A DNA stretch of 64,000 nucleotides. Origin: an uncultured Armatimonadetes bacterium (GTDB lineage: Bacteria > Armatimonadota > Hebobacteria > Hebobacterales > Hebobacteraceae). Under the pieces are notes generated by a model that worked only from the letters and a program-made list of their open reading frames with translations, was not told the DNA's origin and did not search any database. A program made the position numbers and the translations under genes. Position 1 is the first letter of the stretch. Each line of letters begins with the position of its first letter. Shown one piece after another: positions 19,256 to 28,174 of this stretch. The DNA lies in the NCBI GenBank assembly GCA_963716175.1, contig OY970296.1:3533684-3597683 (forward strand), given 5' to 3'.

Positions 19256-20176
19256 GTGCCCAACTTCGAGCCTGCTTACCTGTCCTTGGACCCGGAAGCC
19301 CTGGCCGCACGCGTGCGCGAACTGCGGGAGCTGATGGGCGACTGTCAGCTCTGCCCGCGGCGGTGCGGGGCCGACCGGCTGGCCGGGCAGGTCGGCGCCT
19401 GCGGTGTGGGCGCAGAGCCGGTGGTCTCCAGCTACGGGCCCCACTTCGGCGAAGAGGCCCCTCTGGTGGGGCGGGCCGGCTCTGGCACGATCTTCCTCAC
19501 GCGCTGCAACCTGGGCTGCATCTTCTGCCAGAACTACGACATCTCACAGCTTGGCCATGGCCGCACCGTAACTTGCCAGGCCCTGGCCGAGATGATGCTG
19601 GAGCTGCAAGCGCGGGGCTGCCACAACATCAACTGGGTCACCCCCACCCATCAGGCCCCGATGCTGGTGCAGGCGCTGCAGATCGCTCGGGACAGGGGTC
19701 TGCGGGTCCCGATCGTCTACAACTGCGGGGGGTATGAATCGCTGAGCGCGCTCCGCCTGCTCGACGGCATCGTTGACATTTACATGCCAGACGCGAAGTA
19801 CGGAGACAACGCGGCGGGAAAGCAGTTGTCAGGTGTGCCGGGCTACTGGGACCGCAACCGGGAAGCGCTGGCCGAGATGCACCGCCAGGTGGGTGACCTG
19901 CAGACCGACCGTCTCGGCATCGCCACCCGCGGGCTGCTGGTGCGCCATCTCGTGTTGCCCGACAACCTGGCCGGAACCGCGGCGGTGATGGAGTTCCTGG
20001 CCGGCTTGAGCCGTGACAGCTATGTGAATGTGATGGCCCAATATCGCCCGCAATACCGGGCGCGGGAGGTAACCGCGATGGCGCGGCCCATCGCCTCGGG
20101 GGAGTTCCGCGAGGCGGTGCAGGCGGCGCTCGCGGCGGGCCTGCATCGCCTGGATGAGCGGTGGGCGCTGCGGTGA
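19256..20176 (+). CDS. radical SAM protein, PflX/COG1313-like (PFL-activase homolog)
   Basis: CQLCPRRCG..R..G..G.CG, CNLGCIFCQNY CX3CX2C. Confidence 0.8.
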   Translation: MPNFEPAYLSLDPEALAARVRELRELMGDCQLCPRRCGADRLAGQVGACGVGAEPVVSSYGPHFGEEAPLVGRAGSGTIFLTRCNLGCIFCQNYDISQLGHGRTVTCQALAEMMLELQARGCHNINWVTPTHQAPMLVQALQIARDRGLRVPIVYNCGGYESLSALRLLDGIVDIYMPDAKYGDNAAGKQLSGVPGYWDRNREALAEMHRQVGDLQTDRLGIATRGLLVRHLVLPDNLAGTAAVMEFLAGLSRDSYVNVMAQYRPQYRAREVTAMARPIASGEFREAVQAALAAGLHRLDERWALR

Positions 20177-21351
20177 CGACCTCTCCGCCCACCAACCCGC
20201 AGCTCTCGGGTCCTTCGACCGTCGCCTATCTCATCTTCCTGCTCTGGCTCGAGCTGGGATACGCGGTCGCTCTCGCGATTCTCCCGGGCCTTTCCTGGCG
20301 GGCCGCGCTCTGGCAGGGGGCAGTGTGCGTGGCGGCGATCATCCCGTTGCTGCTGGCGGTGGTGGAGGTCGTCGCTATTCCCAAGAGGCTGGGCCGGGTA
20401 CCAGCCGCGGTGATGAGAGCGATCTGGACCCTCGGGGGCCTGGCCGAGCTGATGCTGCCGTGGCTGGGGTGGGCGGCTGTGTTGTGGCTGATCAACCGCG
20501 GCGCGCTTTCCTGGCCAGTCGCATTCCGGTCTGGCGCAGGCATTGCCATGTTCTCCTATCTGACCGGTGCTGGGTTGGTCTTGTGGTTCCGGCCCCGGCC
20601 CGAGCAGGTACAGCTCTCATCCCTCGAGATCCCGATCCCAGGGCTGCCTCCGGAGTTCGAGGGATACCGCATCCTCCACCTCTCCGACCTCCATATCGGC
20701 AGTTCGGCTGCTGTGGCCGACTTGGGCCGCCGCCTGGCCAAGGCGGCCTCACTGCGCCCAGACCTGACAGCCTTCACCGGGGATCTGGCCGAGACGCCCA
20801 GCTTGGCTGACCGGGCGGCCGAGGTACTGTCTGCACTCGCCGCGCCCGATGGGGTGGTGGCGGTGCTGGGCAACCACGACATCTGGGCCGGGGAGAAGCG
20901 CGTCCGCGGCGCCCTCGAAGGGCGAGGGGTGAGGGTGCTGGTGAACCAGCACACTGCGATCTCCCGCGGTGGCGCCAGCATCTACCTCGCGGGCGTCAAC
21001 GATGCCTCCTACACGGGTCGCGACGATCTGGACGCCGCCCTGGCGGGGATTCCGGCAGGCGCGCCTGTGATTCTGCTCAGTCACGCCCCGGTCATCATCC
21101 GGCACCCCGCGATTGACCGTGTCGCTCTGGTGCTCTCGGGCCACACTCATGGCGGCCAACTCGTGCTTCCCTGGATCGGCGCCCTGTATGTCCCGTCGCG
21201 GCTCGGGCGGCGTTACGCCTCCGGGCTGCATCGGATCCCGAGCGGATGGCTGTTCATCACTCGTGGGCTGGGCGAAGTCTTTCCACCCATGCGCATCGCC
21301 TGTCCGCCCGAGATCGCACTGCTCACCTTGCGGTCAGCGCCTTCGGATTGA
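20161..21351 (+). CDS. membrane-anchored metallophosphoesterase (calcineurin-like)
   Basis: N-terminal 4-5 TM; HLSDLHIG, GDL, GNHD, GHTHGGQ motifs. Confidence 0.8.
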   Translation: MGAAVTTSPPTNPQLSGPSTVAYLIFLLWLELGYAVALAILPGLSWRAALWQGAVCVAAIIPLLLAVVEVVAIPKRLGRVPAAVMRAIWTLGGLAELMLPWLGWAAVLWLINRGALSWPVAFRSGAGIAMFSYLTGAGLVLWFRPRPEQVQLSSLEIPIPGLPPEFEGYRILHLSDLHIGSSAAVADLGRRLAKAASLRPDLTAFTGDLAETPSLADRAAEVLSALAAPDGVVAVLGNHDIWAGEKRVRGALEGRGVRVLVNQHTAISRGGASIYLAGVNDASYTGRDDLDAALAGIPAGAPVILLSHAPVIIRHPAIDRVALVLSGHTHGGQLVLPWIGALYVPSRLGRRYASGLHRIPSGWLFITRGLGEVFPPMRIACPPEIALLTLRSAPSD

Positions 21352-21377
21352 CACTCGGAAGCCGGACCCGATATACT
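21348..21377 (+). promoter_or_regulatory. promoter TTGACA-N18-TATACT for tRNA-Ser (-35 overlaps upstream stop codon)
   Basis: tRNA starts 6 nt after -10. Confidence 0.5.
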
Positions 21378-21383
21378 TCAAAC

Positions 21384-21469
21384 GGAGAGATGGCCGAGTT
21401 GGTCGAAGGCGCACGACTCGAAATCGTGTAACCCGTAAGGGTTCGGGGGTTCGAATCCCTCTCTCTCCG
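21384..21469 (+). tRNA. tRNA-Ser (anticodon CGA), long variable arm, no encoded CCA
   Basis: acceptor GGAGAGA/TCTCTCC, anticodon loop CUCGAAA, variable arm ~16 nt, T loop TTCGAAT. Confidence 0.85.
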
Positions 21470-21514
21470 CGGTGTTCTCATTCGGCGAGCTTCGCCCGCA
21501 GGAGGAGGTGCAAG

Positions 21515-21790
21515 ATGGTGCAGGTTGATTTCGACATGCTCGTTTTCCGTGAAGGCGAGTCCTACGTCGCCTACTGCCCTGAGTTGGATGTATCCTCCTG
21601 CGGCCACGATGTGGACGAAGCGCGCGCCAATCTGAAGACTGCAGTGCGGCTGCTTGTCGAGGAAGCAAACAGACTCGGCACTCTGGATCAGGTGCTGCAG
21701 GAGGCGGGGTACATCGCGGATGGCAAAGGTGGGTATTCATCTCCTCGCCTGGTGGCGACTGAAAGCGCGTCGGTCGCGGTCGGAGGGTGA
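21515..21790 (+). CDS. hicB: HicB-family antitoxin (UPF0150 fold)
   Basis: YVAYCPELDV.S.G.DVDEA..NLK.A..L pattern; [10 protein letters not shown]. Confidence 0.7.
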   Translation: MVQVDFDMLVFREGESYVAYCPELDVSSCGHDVDEARANLKTAVRLLVEEANRLGTLDQVLQEAGYIADGKGGYSSPRLVATESASVAVGG

Positions 21791-22023
21791 CATTGCCGCG
21801 GCTGTCGCCGATTCCGGGCCGGCGTCTGCGCCGGGTCTTCGAGCTGGCTGGATTCGTCTGCGTGCGGACAGAGGGCGATCACTTCGTGCTCACGAAACTG
21901 GGGCTGCCTCGGCCGCTAGTTATCCCGGACTACGATGCAGTGCCTGTCTTCGTGATTCGAAACAACCTCCGAACAGCAGGCCTTTCCCGCGAGGAGTACT
22001 TCCGCCTGCTCGAAAGCACATGA
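21787..22023 (+). CDS. hicA: HicA-family mRNA-interferase toxin
   Basis: 78 aa; L...GF..VR..G.H..L.K pattern; GTGA overlap with hicB. Confidence 0.7.
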   Translation: MTLPRLSPIPGRRLRRVFELAGFVCVRTEGDHFVLTKLGLPRPLVIPDYDAVPVFVIRNNLRTAGLSREEYFRLLEST

Positions 22024-22118
22024 CCCGGCGCGATGCCGAGCTGGCGCAGGCGGATGTGGTGGCGAAGCACCGGCAATTCCCGCCCGGCGACAGGTTCCTC
22101 CCGCAGGTGCAGGAGGCC

Positions 22119-22139
22119 GGAGGGAGGAAGCGGCTGCGG
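22119..22139 (+). repeat. 21-nt direct repeat GGAGGGAGGAAGCGGCTGCGG (copy 1)
   Basis: exact match to 24481-24501. Confidence 0.9.
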
Positions 22140-22412
22140 CCGAGTCAGGGGCGCAGCAGTACAGGGCACCGGGGAAGCTCGGAGGGGTCGCGAGGCGGAA
22201 AGAGAGGGCCCGGTCCCAGTATCCGTTGAGCTAGAGGGGGTAAAGCTCAAGGACGTGCCCGGGCCGGGCCCCGCATGCCTGTGCGCCGGCCTCATGCTGT
22301 ACTCGGGAAGGTGCTCAACGTGGTGCGCACAAGCGGGGTCAGTGTACCACACACATCGCGTCAGCGAACCATCGTTTCGCTATGAGAAAAACCGCCGCAG
22401 CCTGGGCCCAGG

Positions 22413-24164
22413 TCACGGCAAGCCGTCGGCGATGCGCTCCTGCCAGCCGGGCACCAGGAGGCGGGAGATGGCACCGGCTGCCGAGCGAAGCAGCGGGAGC
22501 CAGCGACGGATGTTCACCTCCGTGAAATCCTGTATCACCGCCGTCAGCGCTACTGCGCCAACTACCGCATTGTCGGGAGTGCTAAGAGGCACGGCCACGG
22601 CGCCTATGCCAAGGTCGGACTCTTCCAGGTTCAGCGCGTACCCTCGCTCCCGCACCAGGGCAAGCTCACGTCGAAGCTGCTGCGGAGACTTGATAGTCTT
22701 TGGAGTCCGCGACGACAAACCGTCCTGTAGGTAGCTTTCTATGCTTGCCCTGGACTGGGCCGCCAGGCAGCACTTCCCACCTGCCGTGGCGTGCAGAGGC
22801 GGGAAGGTCTCCTCGTCAGCGCTCAGCCGCACCGGACCGCTCGGATGGACAACCTGCAGGTCCATGGGCCACCGCCCAGTTGCGTCTGCGACGGTAATCC
22901 TGGCGACTGCCCCGGTCGCGTCGACCAGCTCCTGCAAGACGGCGCGAGTCAGCTCACTCAGGACGGCGGCGGAGCGGAGGAAACGGGCAATGGGCAGGAA
23001 ACCCAGCGGGTCCGGCCGGTAGCCTCTTCCGGGCGCATCCCGCGCCACGATACCCTCCTGCTCCAGGGTTCGCAACAGCCGCCGCGCGGCCGGCTCAGGG
23101 AGAGCGCGTATGCGCGCGGCCTCGCCCGCGGTGAGGCCTTCCGGCACCACGAGCAGCAGTTCGATGAGGCGCATCGCGCGGGCAACCGAACGAACTGCCG
23201 GCAAGGGACCGTCGCCGAACCCCGGGTCAGGGGTATCCGGGAGTGGTATCCCCTTCGGCCTGCGCCAAGCGGAAGCCCTCACTCGGGACAGCCACCACTC
23301 GTAGCTGAGGAGGGCCGAAATGGCGTCCGCCGACTGCTGCAAGTGCGCCACCAGTTGTGAGGTGTCAGCGCGTGGAGGGAAGACATCTGCGTAGGCCAGG
23401 GCCAGCGCTCCCTTCACCTCTCCTGACGCTGCGCGCAGGGGAACGGCCACGCCGGCGGACTGCATGGTGGCCTCCTTGTTGTTGAGGGCATAGCCTTGCT
23501 CTCGGATCCGCCGGAGTTCCTTCCTCAGTCTGGAGGGTGAAGTGATGGTGCGAGGGGTCATGCTCTCAAGACCAGGCCTGATGTAGTCCTCCAGTTGCTG
23601 CTCAGACAGGTGGGCGAGGTAGCACTTGCCGGAGGCTAGCGCATGTAGGGGTTCCGGGGGCCGCTCGGAGAGGTCCAATCGAACAGCAGTGTGGGGCAGA
23701 GACATCATGGTTGCAGTGCAGGTGCGGCTGGTGCGGTCAGGACAGAACAGGGCAGCTGTAGCGCCTGTGCGCGCAGCTAGCTCGTCCAGTATGCCCTTTG
23801 CTGCATCGGCGAAGTCGAGCAAGGGAGAAGCGAACGCCGCGAGGCGGACCATGCCGGCCGGATTCCTGGCATAGCGCTTCGTATCGACATCCTGGACGAC
23901 CACGCCCTCAGTCATGAGCGTGCGGAGCAGCCGCACGAGTGTCGGCTTGTGCAGCCCGAGCTCCAATGACAGCTGGGCGAGCGACTGCGGCTGCCGATGG
24001 CTCGTGAGCACGCGCAGGATGCGCATCGCACGAGCGGCAGACTGGACAGTACCGTCTCGTGCGCTCTTGGGGCTGTCTTGCGGCCGCTCTGATGATGTGC
24101 GTGACGTGGCAGGCACCTCACGTGGACCCAAACGGTGCTGTTCGCATCTGTTCGCCGATGCCAA
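22413..24164 (-). CDS. tandem-duplicated IclR-family transcriptional regulator (two HTH + effector modules)
   Basis: 583 aa; two copies of MRIL..L (HTH) followed by IclR effector domains with G..(A/C)(L/V)A.P motif. Confidence 0.8.
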   Translation of the reverse strand: MASANRCEQHRLGPREVPATSRTSSERPQDSPKSARDGTVQSAARAMRILRVLTSHRQPQSLAQLSLELGLHKPTLVRLLRTLMTEGVVVQDVDTKRYARNPAGMVRLAAFASPLLDFADAAKGILDELAARTGATAALFCPDRTSRTCTATMMSLPHTAVRLDLSERPPEPLHALASGKCYLAHLSEQQLEDYIRPGLESMTPRTITSPSRLRKELRRIREQGYALNNKEATMQSAGVAVPLRAASGEVKGALALAYADVFPPRADTSQLVAHLQQSADAISALLSYEWWLSRVRASAWRRPKGIPLPDTPDPGFGDGPLPAVRSVARAMRLIELLLVVPEGLTAGEAARIRALPEPAARRLLRTLEQEGIVARDAPGRGYRPDPLGFLPIARFLRSAAVLSELTRAVLQELVDATGAVARITVADATGRWPMDLQVVHPSGPVRLSADEETFPPLHATAGGKCCLAAQSRASIESYLQDGLSSRTPKTIKSPQQLRRELALVRERGYALNLEESDLGIGAVAVPLSTPDNAVVGAVALTAVIQDFTEVNIRRWLPLLRSAAGAISRLLVPGWQERIADGLP

Positions 24165-24211
24165 ACATACCTCCTAGTCACACTCGCGAGAGGCCTTGGG
24201 GGGCGCGGGCA

Positions 24212-24230
24212 GCAGGAGGGAGGAAACGGC
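24212..24230 (+). repeat. near-copy GCAGGAGGGAGGAAaCGGC of the repeat, in IclR promoter region
   Basis: 18/19 match to 24478-24496. Confidence 0.7.
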
Positions 24231-24480
24231 CGGGCTGATTGGTGGTGTCAGGAACAGAGAGCCAGGCCCCCGCCTCCGCCGCTCCGCTAGCTGAGGCTGA
24301 TGGCAGGCCTGGCTCTCAAAACGTGTCACATCCCGAAATGGCGATGAGGGCGCGGTCGCGGGCGCCCTCATGGCAGCTTTACTCCGCTGTCTGCGCGGCT
24401 ATTCCTGCAGCAATGCGGGCAGAGGGAAGCTCTGCACGCGTTCCCACGGCCGCAGGTCCATGGGGACGGCGAGGACGGCA

Positions 24481-24501
24481 GGAGGGAGGAAGCGGCTGCG
24501 G
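24481..24501 (+). repeat. 21-nt direct repeat GGAGGGAGGAAGCGGCTGCGG (copy 2)
   Basis: exact match to 22119-22139. Confidence 0.9.
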
Positions 24502-24560
24502 TAATGAGACGGTTGGCAGGTCGGCGCACAAACGGCGGCGCGATAGAGGGAAGACGGGGG

Positions 24561-25550
24561 ATGGCCGAGTCCGGGTGGTCTAGCGAGGACATGAGACACG
24601 CAATCAACCTCGGAGGCTACTACCTGGAAGCCGGTCTACGGGACTTCGGCGAATGGTCGGAGCAGATGGTGGAGGACGCGGGTGAGGAGATACGGCCCTA
24701 CTTGCGGCTGGTATGGACGGAAGCCAGCAGGCAGGTAGAGGAAGCGTATAGCGCACAAGGGGCGTCGGCCAGTGGTGCAGCGCAGGATAGGGTGGCTTTC
24801 TGCGTGATATGCGGGCGGCCTTGCGGTGAGGGGATGGAGGTCTGCCCCGACTGCGGCAACAGGACAAACCTCAGCGCGGGAGAAGGGGAGTTGCCTAACG
24901 GCGGCGAGGCGACCGCGACAGAGACGACTGAGACGGGGCCTAGCCGCGAGGCGTGGGAGCTCGTCCTTCGCGAGGCGCGACGGCACAAGAAGCCGTGGCT
25001 GGCGTTCGTCCTGGCGCTTTGTCTCGGTCCTCTGGGCGTCTTCTACATAGGCGCCAATTTCGGCTTGAGCGCAGTTGTTGTGTGGGGCATACTGGCTGCC
25101 CCCGCCGCCATGTGGGCTCCTTCATGGCATTGGATGGTCTGGGTCGCCAATCTTCTCTTGGCCATTCACGCAGCCGACCTCGCGCAGAAGCGGAATGCGC
25201 TACTCTCGGCCTCGCTGCTGATAATGGCTGAAGCCCCGACCAGCGAGGAACTCGCAGGCGTCTTCAACTTCTGGTCGGGACCGTATGCAATCACGACGCT
25301 TGCAAACGAGTTCCTACCCTCTGCTGCCTTCTGGATGACTCTCGTCGAGATGGTTCGCCAGGGCATAGGGCTGTTCCGCGAACATGCTGTGGGAGCGGGA
25401 GTATTCGTACTGGTGCTATCCCCAATTGTCGCCCTGGTCGCCACCTGGTTCTACGGCCTTATCGGCGGCATCGTTGCTCTCCTGGGCACCGGGATTCACT
25501 GGCTCGCCGCCAAGCTGAGTCGGCAACCGTTGTGGTTCCCGGACGCGTGA
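24561..25550 (+). CDS. hypothetical protein: cytoplasmic N-domain, Cys4 zinc ribbon (CVICG...CPDCG), C-terminal TM region
   Basis: start chosen at MAESGW (GGGGGA SD); longer ORF from 24504 possible. Confidence 0.5.
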   Translation: MAESGWSSEDMRHAINLGGYYLEAGLRDFGEWSEQMVEDAGEEIRPYLRLVWTEASRQVEEAYSAQGASASGAAQDRVAFCVICGRPCGEGMEVCPDCGNRTNLSAGEGELPNGGEATATETTETGPSREAWELVLREARRHKKPWLAFVLALCLGPLGVFYIGANFGLSAVVVWGILAAPAAMWAPSWHWMVWVANLLLAIHAADLAQKRNALLSASLLIMAEAPTSEELAGVFNFWSGPYAITTLANEFLPSAAFWMTLVEMVRQGIGLFREHAVGAGVFVLVLSPIVALVATWFYGLIGGIVALLGTGIHWLAAKLSRQPLWFPDA

Positions 25551-25568
25551 CAGGAATGGCCTAGGCGT

Positions 25569-26519
25569 TCAGAGACTGCCCCGTCGGACTTCCGCTCGGA
25601 CGAAGGCATTGTAGGAGGAGTAGCCCGCAGACCGCTCTTCTATGACAGCCGCGCCGCACTTCTCTCTGTATCTGTCCACGCGGCCACGGAGCTCGTGGGG
25701 GAGGGGCCTATCGTCGCCCTGTGTGTTGGTCGTGTCTGTAGGGTCGCCATACATTGGGAACTCTCTTCGGACCTGCCGCATCGCTTCGTCTTGCGAGAGC
25801 CCTGTCTCCCGCAGGCTCTTGAAGACGGAATAGCGAAACACTTGCTCCGACCAAATCACCATCCGTCGCTGGAGGTCGTGCAGGTTCCACCACTCGGCGA
25901 TGTCCTCGTCGGTGGCACCCTCGTTCCAGGCTTTGCTTACGACGCCGAGCGCAACGGAATGCCCAGCCCGCGCGTCAAGGAGAACGAGGTCGCCGAATCC
26001 CGGTGCCAGGGCGGCCGTGCCTTCCTTCTCACCTTGTTTCTTGCACATCTTGAGGGCGCGCAGAACCTCCTTGTGGGCGGCATACTCGGACATGCCACAG
26101 TTGAGTGATAGCATCTCCGTGTAGAGCCGCGCCAGTTCGTTTTCGACATGTGGAGTGGAGCGCATAGCGCGCACCAAGGGTAGTGCCCCTCCCCAAACCG
26201 GTGCCGCGGCGAGAAGGAGCGCAACGCGAAGGGGGACTTCGCGCTGAGGCGACAGCCACAACGCAATGAGTGAAACAAGCACCTGGGCCAGGAACGCGCA
26301 CCAGGTCACAAAGCGCTTTCGATTGGGTGCCCACCAGTGAACGAATGCGACGAACGTATAGCCATGCACGGTTTGCGCGAGCACGAGGGCTGATGTGAAC
26401 TGCCGCAGAATCGCATGGGTCATCCAGAATGTGAGAGTGTGGGCGGCAAGCGTAGACAACAGCGCGAGGGGAAGGAGAAGCGTCCAGCGCACAAAGCTCC
26501 CTGCCCTCACGGCCTGCAC
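25569..26519 (-). CDS. hypothetical membrane protein (N-terminal ~4 TM, C-terminal ~190 aa soluble domain); lower GC
   Basis: 316-aa ORF, no recognisable family. Confidence 0.5.
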   Translation of the reverse strand: MQAVRAGSFVRWTLLLPLALLSTLAAHTLTFWMTHAILRQFTSALVLAQTVHGYTFVAFVHWWAPNRKRFVTWCAFLAQVLVSLIALWLSPQREVPLRVALLLAAAPVWGGALPLVRAMRSTPHVENELARLYTEMLSLNCGMSEYAAHKEVLRALKMCKKQGEKEGTAALAPGFGDLVLLDARAGHSVALGVVSKAWNEGATDEDIAEWWNLHDLQRRMVIWSEQVFRYSVFKSLRETGLSQDEAMRQVRREFPMYGDPTDTTNTQGDDRPLPHELRGRVDRYREKCGAAVIEERSAGYSSYNAFVRAEVRRGSL

Positions 26520-26794
26520 ACCTTACACGGAGTCAGTCCGCGCGCTTCGGCTTCGGCGCGCGTCATGGGAATATCGGACTTCGAGAGCGAAGGGCAGCTG
26601 GCACGATGATACCGCTTCCCGGTAGCAGTGGCGTGGACTATGTCGGAAGCTGCCCCAGCGGGTGCCCGGGCGGACGAGGACGAGAGAGACGCCTTGGTCG
26701 CGGGGCTGTGCCGGGCGCCACGGCCGGCGGCGAACGCAAGAACCGCCACCACAACCACAACGGCGACAACCAAGGCCCAATGCTTCGACCTCAT
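26507..26794 (-). CDS. small protein with N-terminal hydrophobic anchor and Ada-type zinc-binding domain (YHR.SCP...CK.CRP)
   Basis: 95 aa; KRYHRASCPS...GLTPCKVCRP matches Ada metal-binding domain pattern. Confidence 0.5.
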   Translation of the reverse strand: MRSKHWALVVAVVVVVAVLAFAAGRGARHSPATKASLSSSSARAPAGAASDIVHATATGKRYHRASCPSLSKSDIPMTRAEAEARGLTPCKVCRP

Positions 26795-27037
26795 GCTATC
26801 CCTTCCTTACGCGACGCAACTGCAGTAAGCGGCTCAGCGTGGTGGCTCAGGAAGGGCCTTTGGGCGGTCGTTCGCCGCTGCCGGCGGACGGTCCTGCTGA
26901 TGTTCGCGCTCGCGCGCCCGGTGCGGCCAGCGCTATCTTTCCGGGGGCTTGTCAGGAGCGGTGACAGGAACCGGCCGGCAAGAGCAGGAACCGCCTTCTT
27001 GGCATAGACCTGGCATTACCCTGGGAGGGAATCAGCC

Positions 27038-27949
27038 ATGTTGACACGCGTTAGCGGCATCCTCGTGGGCTTCCTGGCGTTAGCAATGGTGACTGGCTGC
27101 TACCGAGGCCGGCCGGCCCCCAGCGCGGGCCGCAGGGAAGCGCAAGGGCCGGCCGGGCGGCAGACCATCCACCAGACCGGATCCACCACGATGCTGCCCA
27201 TGGCAGAGAAGTGGCACACGGCCTTCAACATCGAGCACCCGGAGATCGAGATCGTGGTTTCCGGCGGCGGTACCGAAGCCGGCCTAAAGGCCTTGATCTC
27301 GGAAACGGCCGAGATCGCTGATTCCTCCCGCGAGCTCGAGCCCGCAGAGATCCAACAGGCGAAGGCGGCCCAGGTGTACCTGCTGGCCACAAAGGTGGCC
27401 AGGGATGGTGTCGTGGTCATCGTCAACCCAGCCAACCCGATGCGCGCAATCACTCTGGAGCTGCTGTCCGACATTTACTCGGGGAAGGTCAAGGACTGGG
27501 GCCAGGCCGGAGTGTCCGGCCTCGGCGCCATCGAGCTAGTGAGCCGGGACCCCGCCTCCGGCACCCGGAAACTGTTCAAGGATGTGGCGGTCACTCTCAA
27601 GGGTCGGGACAAGGGCCGCGACTATGCCCCGAAGGCGCTGGAGCAAACCTCGAGCGAGGCCGTGCTCACCCTGGTCAGCCAGAGCAAGAACGCCATCGGC
27701 TACGTGGGGCTGGGGTATGTGAACAAGACCGTGCGGCCGCTCGACATCATCGTGGAGGAGGGACAGGAACCGATTCCTGCGTCGCCGGGCACGGTGCGCG
27801 ATGGCACCTACCCTCTGGCCCGGGACCTTTACTGCGTCACCAATGGAGAGCCGACGGGCGCAGTGAGAACCTACCTGGACTGGGTTCAGGGGCCACGAGG
27901 CCAGGTGATTGTGGAGCAGACCGGCTACGTTCCCCTGATCGCGCCATGA
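27038..27949 (+). CDS. PstS-family phosphate-binding lipoprotein (orphan, no pstCAB adjacent)
   Basis: lipobox LAMVTGC; GSTT, GGGT..G motifs of PstS fold. Confidence 0.75.
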   Translation: MLTRVSGILVGFLALAMVTGCYRGRPAPSAGRREAQGPAGRQTIHQTGSTTMLPMAEKWHTAFNIEHPEIEIVVSGGGTEAGLKALISETAEIADSSRELEPAEIQQAKAAQVYLLATKVARDGVVVIVNPANPMRAITLELLSDIYSGKVKDWGQAGVSGLGAIELVSRDPASGTRKLFKDVAVTLKGRDKGRDYAPKALEQTSSEAVLTLVSQSKNAIGYVGLGYVNKTVRPLDIIVEEGQEPIPASPGTVRDGTYPLARDLYCVTNGEPTGAVRTYLDWVQGPRGQVIVEQTGYVPLIAP

Positions 27950-28174
27950 GCGCGAGGCCATCTTAGCCTCACGCGGCCGCGGGTCGCCCGAGCGCTCTCC
28001 AGCCAAGCGCGCGTCGTCTCCCACCTACGGCCGCGGTCGGCAGCAGGCCTCCGGCCGCCGTTTGCCGACCGCGCGCACTGCCGGACCAGTCGAAGGGTTC
28101 GCGCGAGTGGCGATGAAAGGGGAAACAAGAGTCAGCGCGCGGTACCGCGCGCAGCCCAAGGAGGCAGTGGCAGC

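Noticed and set aside
22033-22734. 233-aa plus-strand ORF between hicA and IclR
   Set aside because: Low-complexity, and it overlaps the IclR gene's 3' end on the opposite strand. No support.
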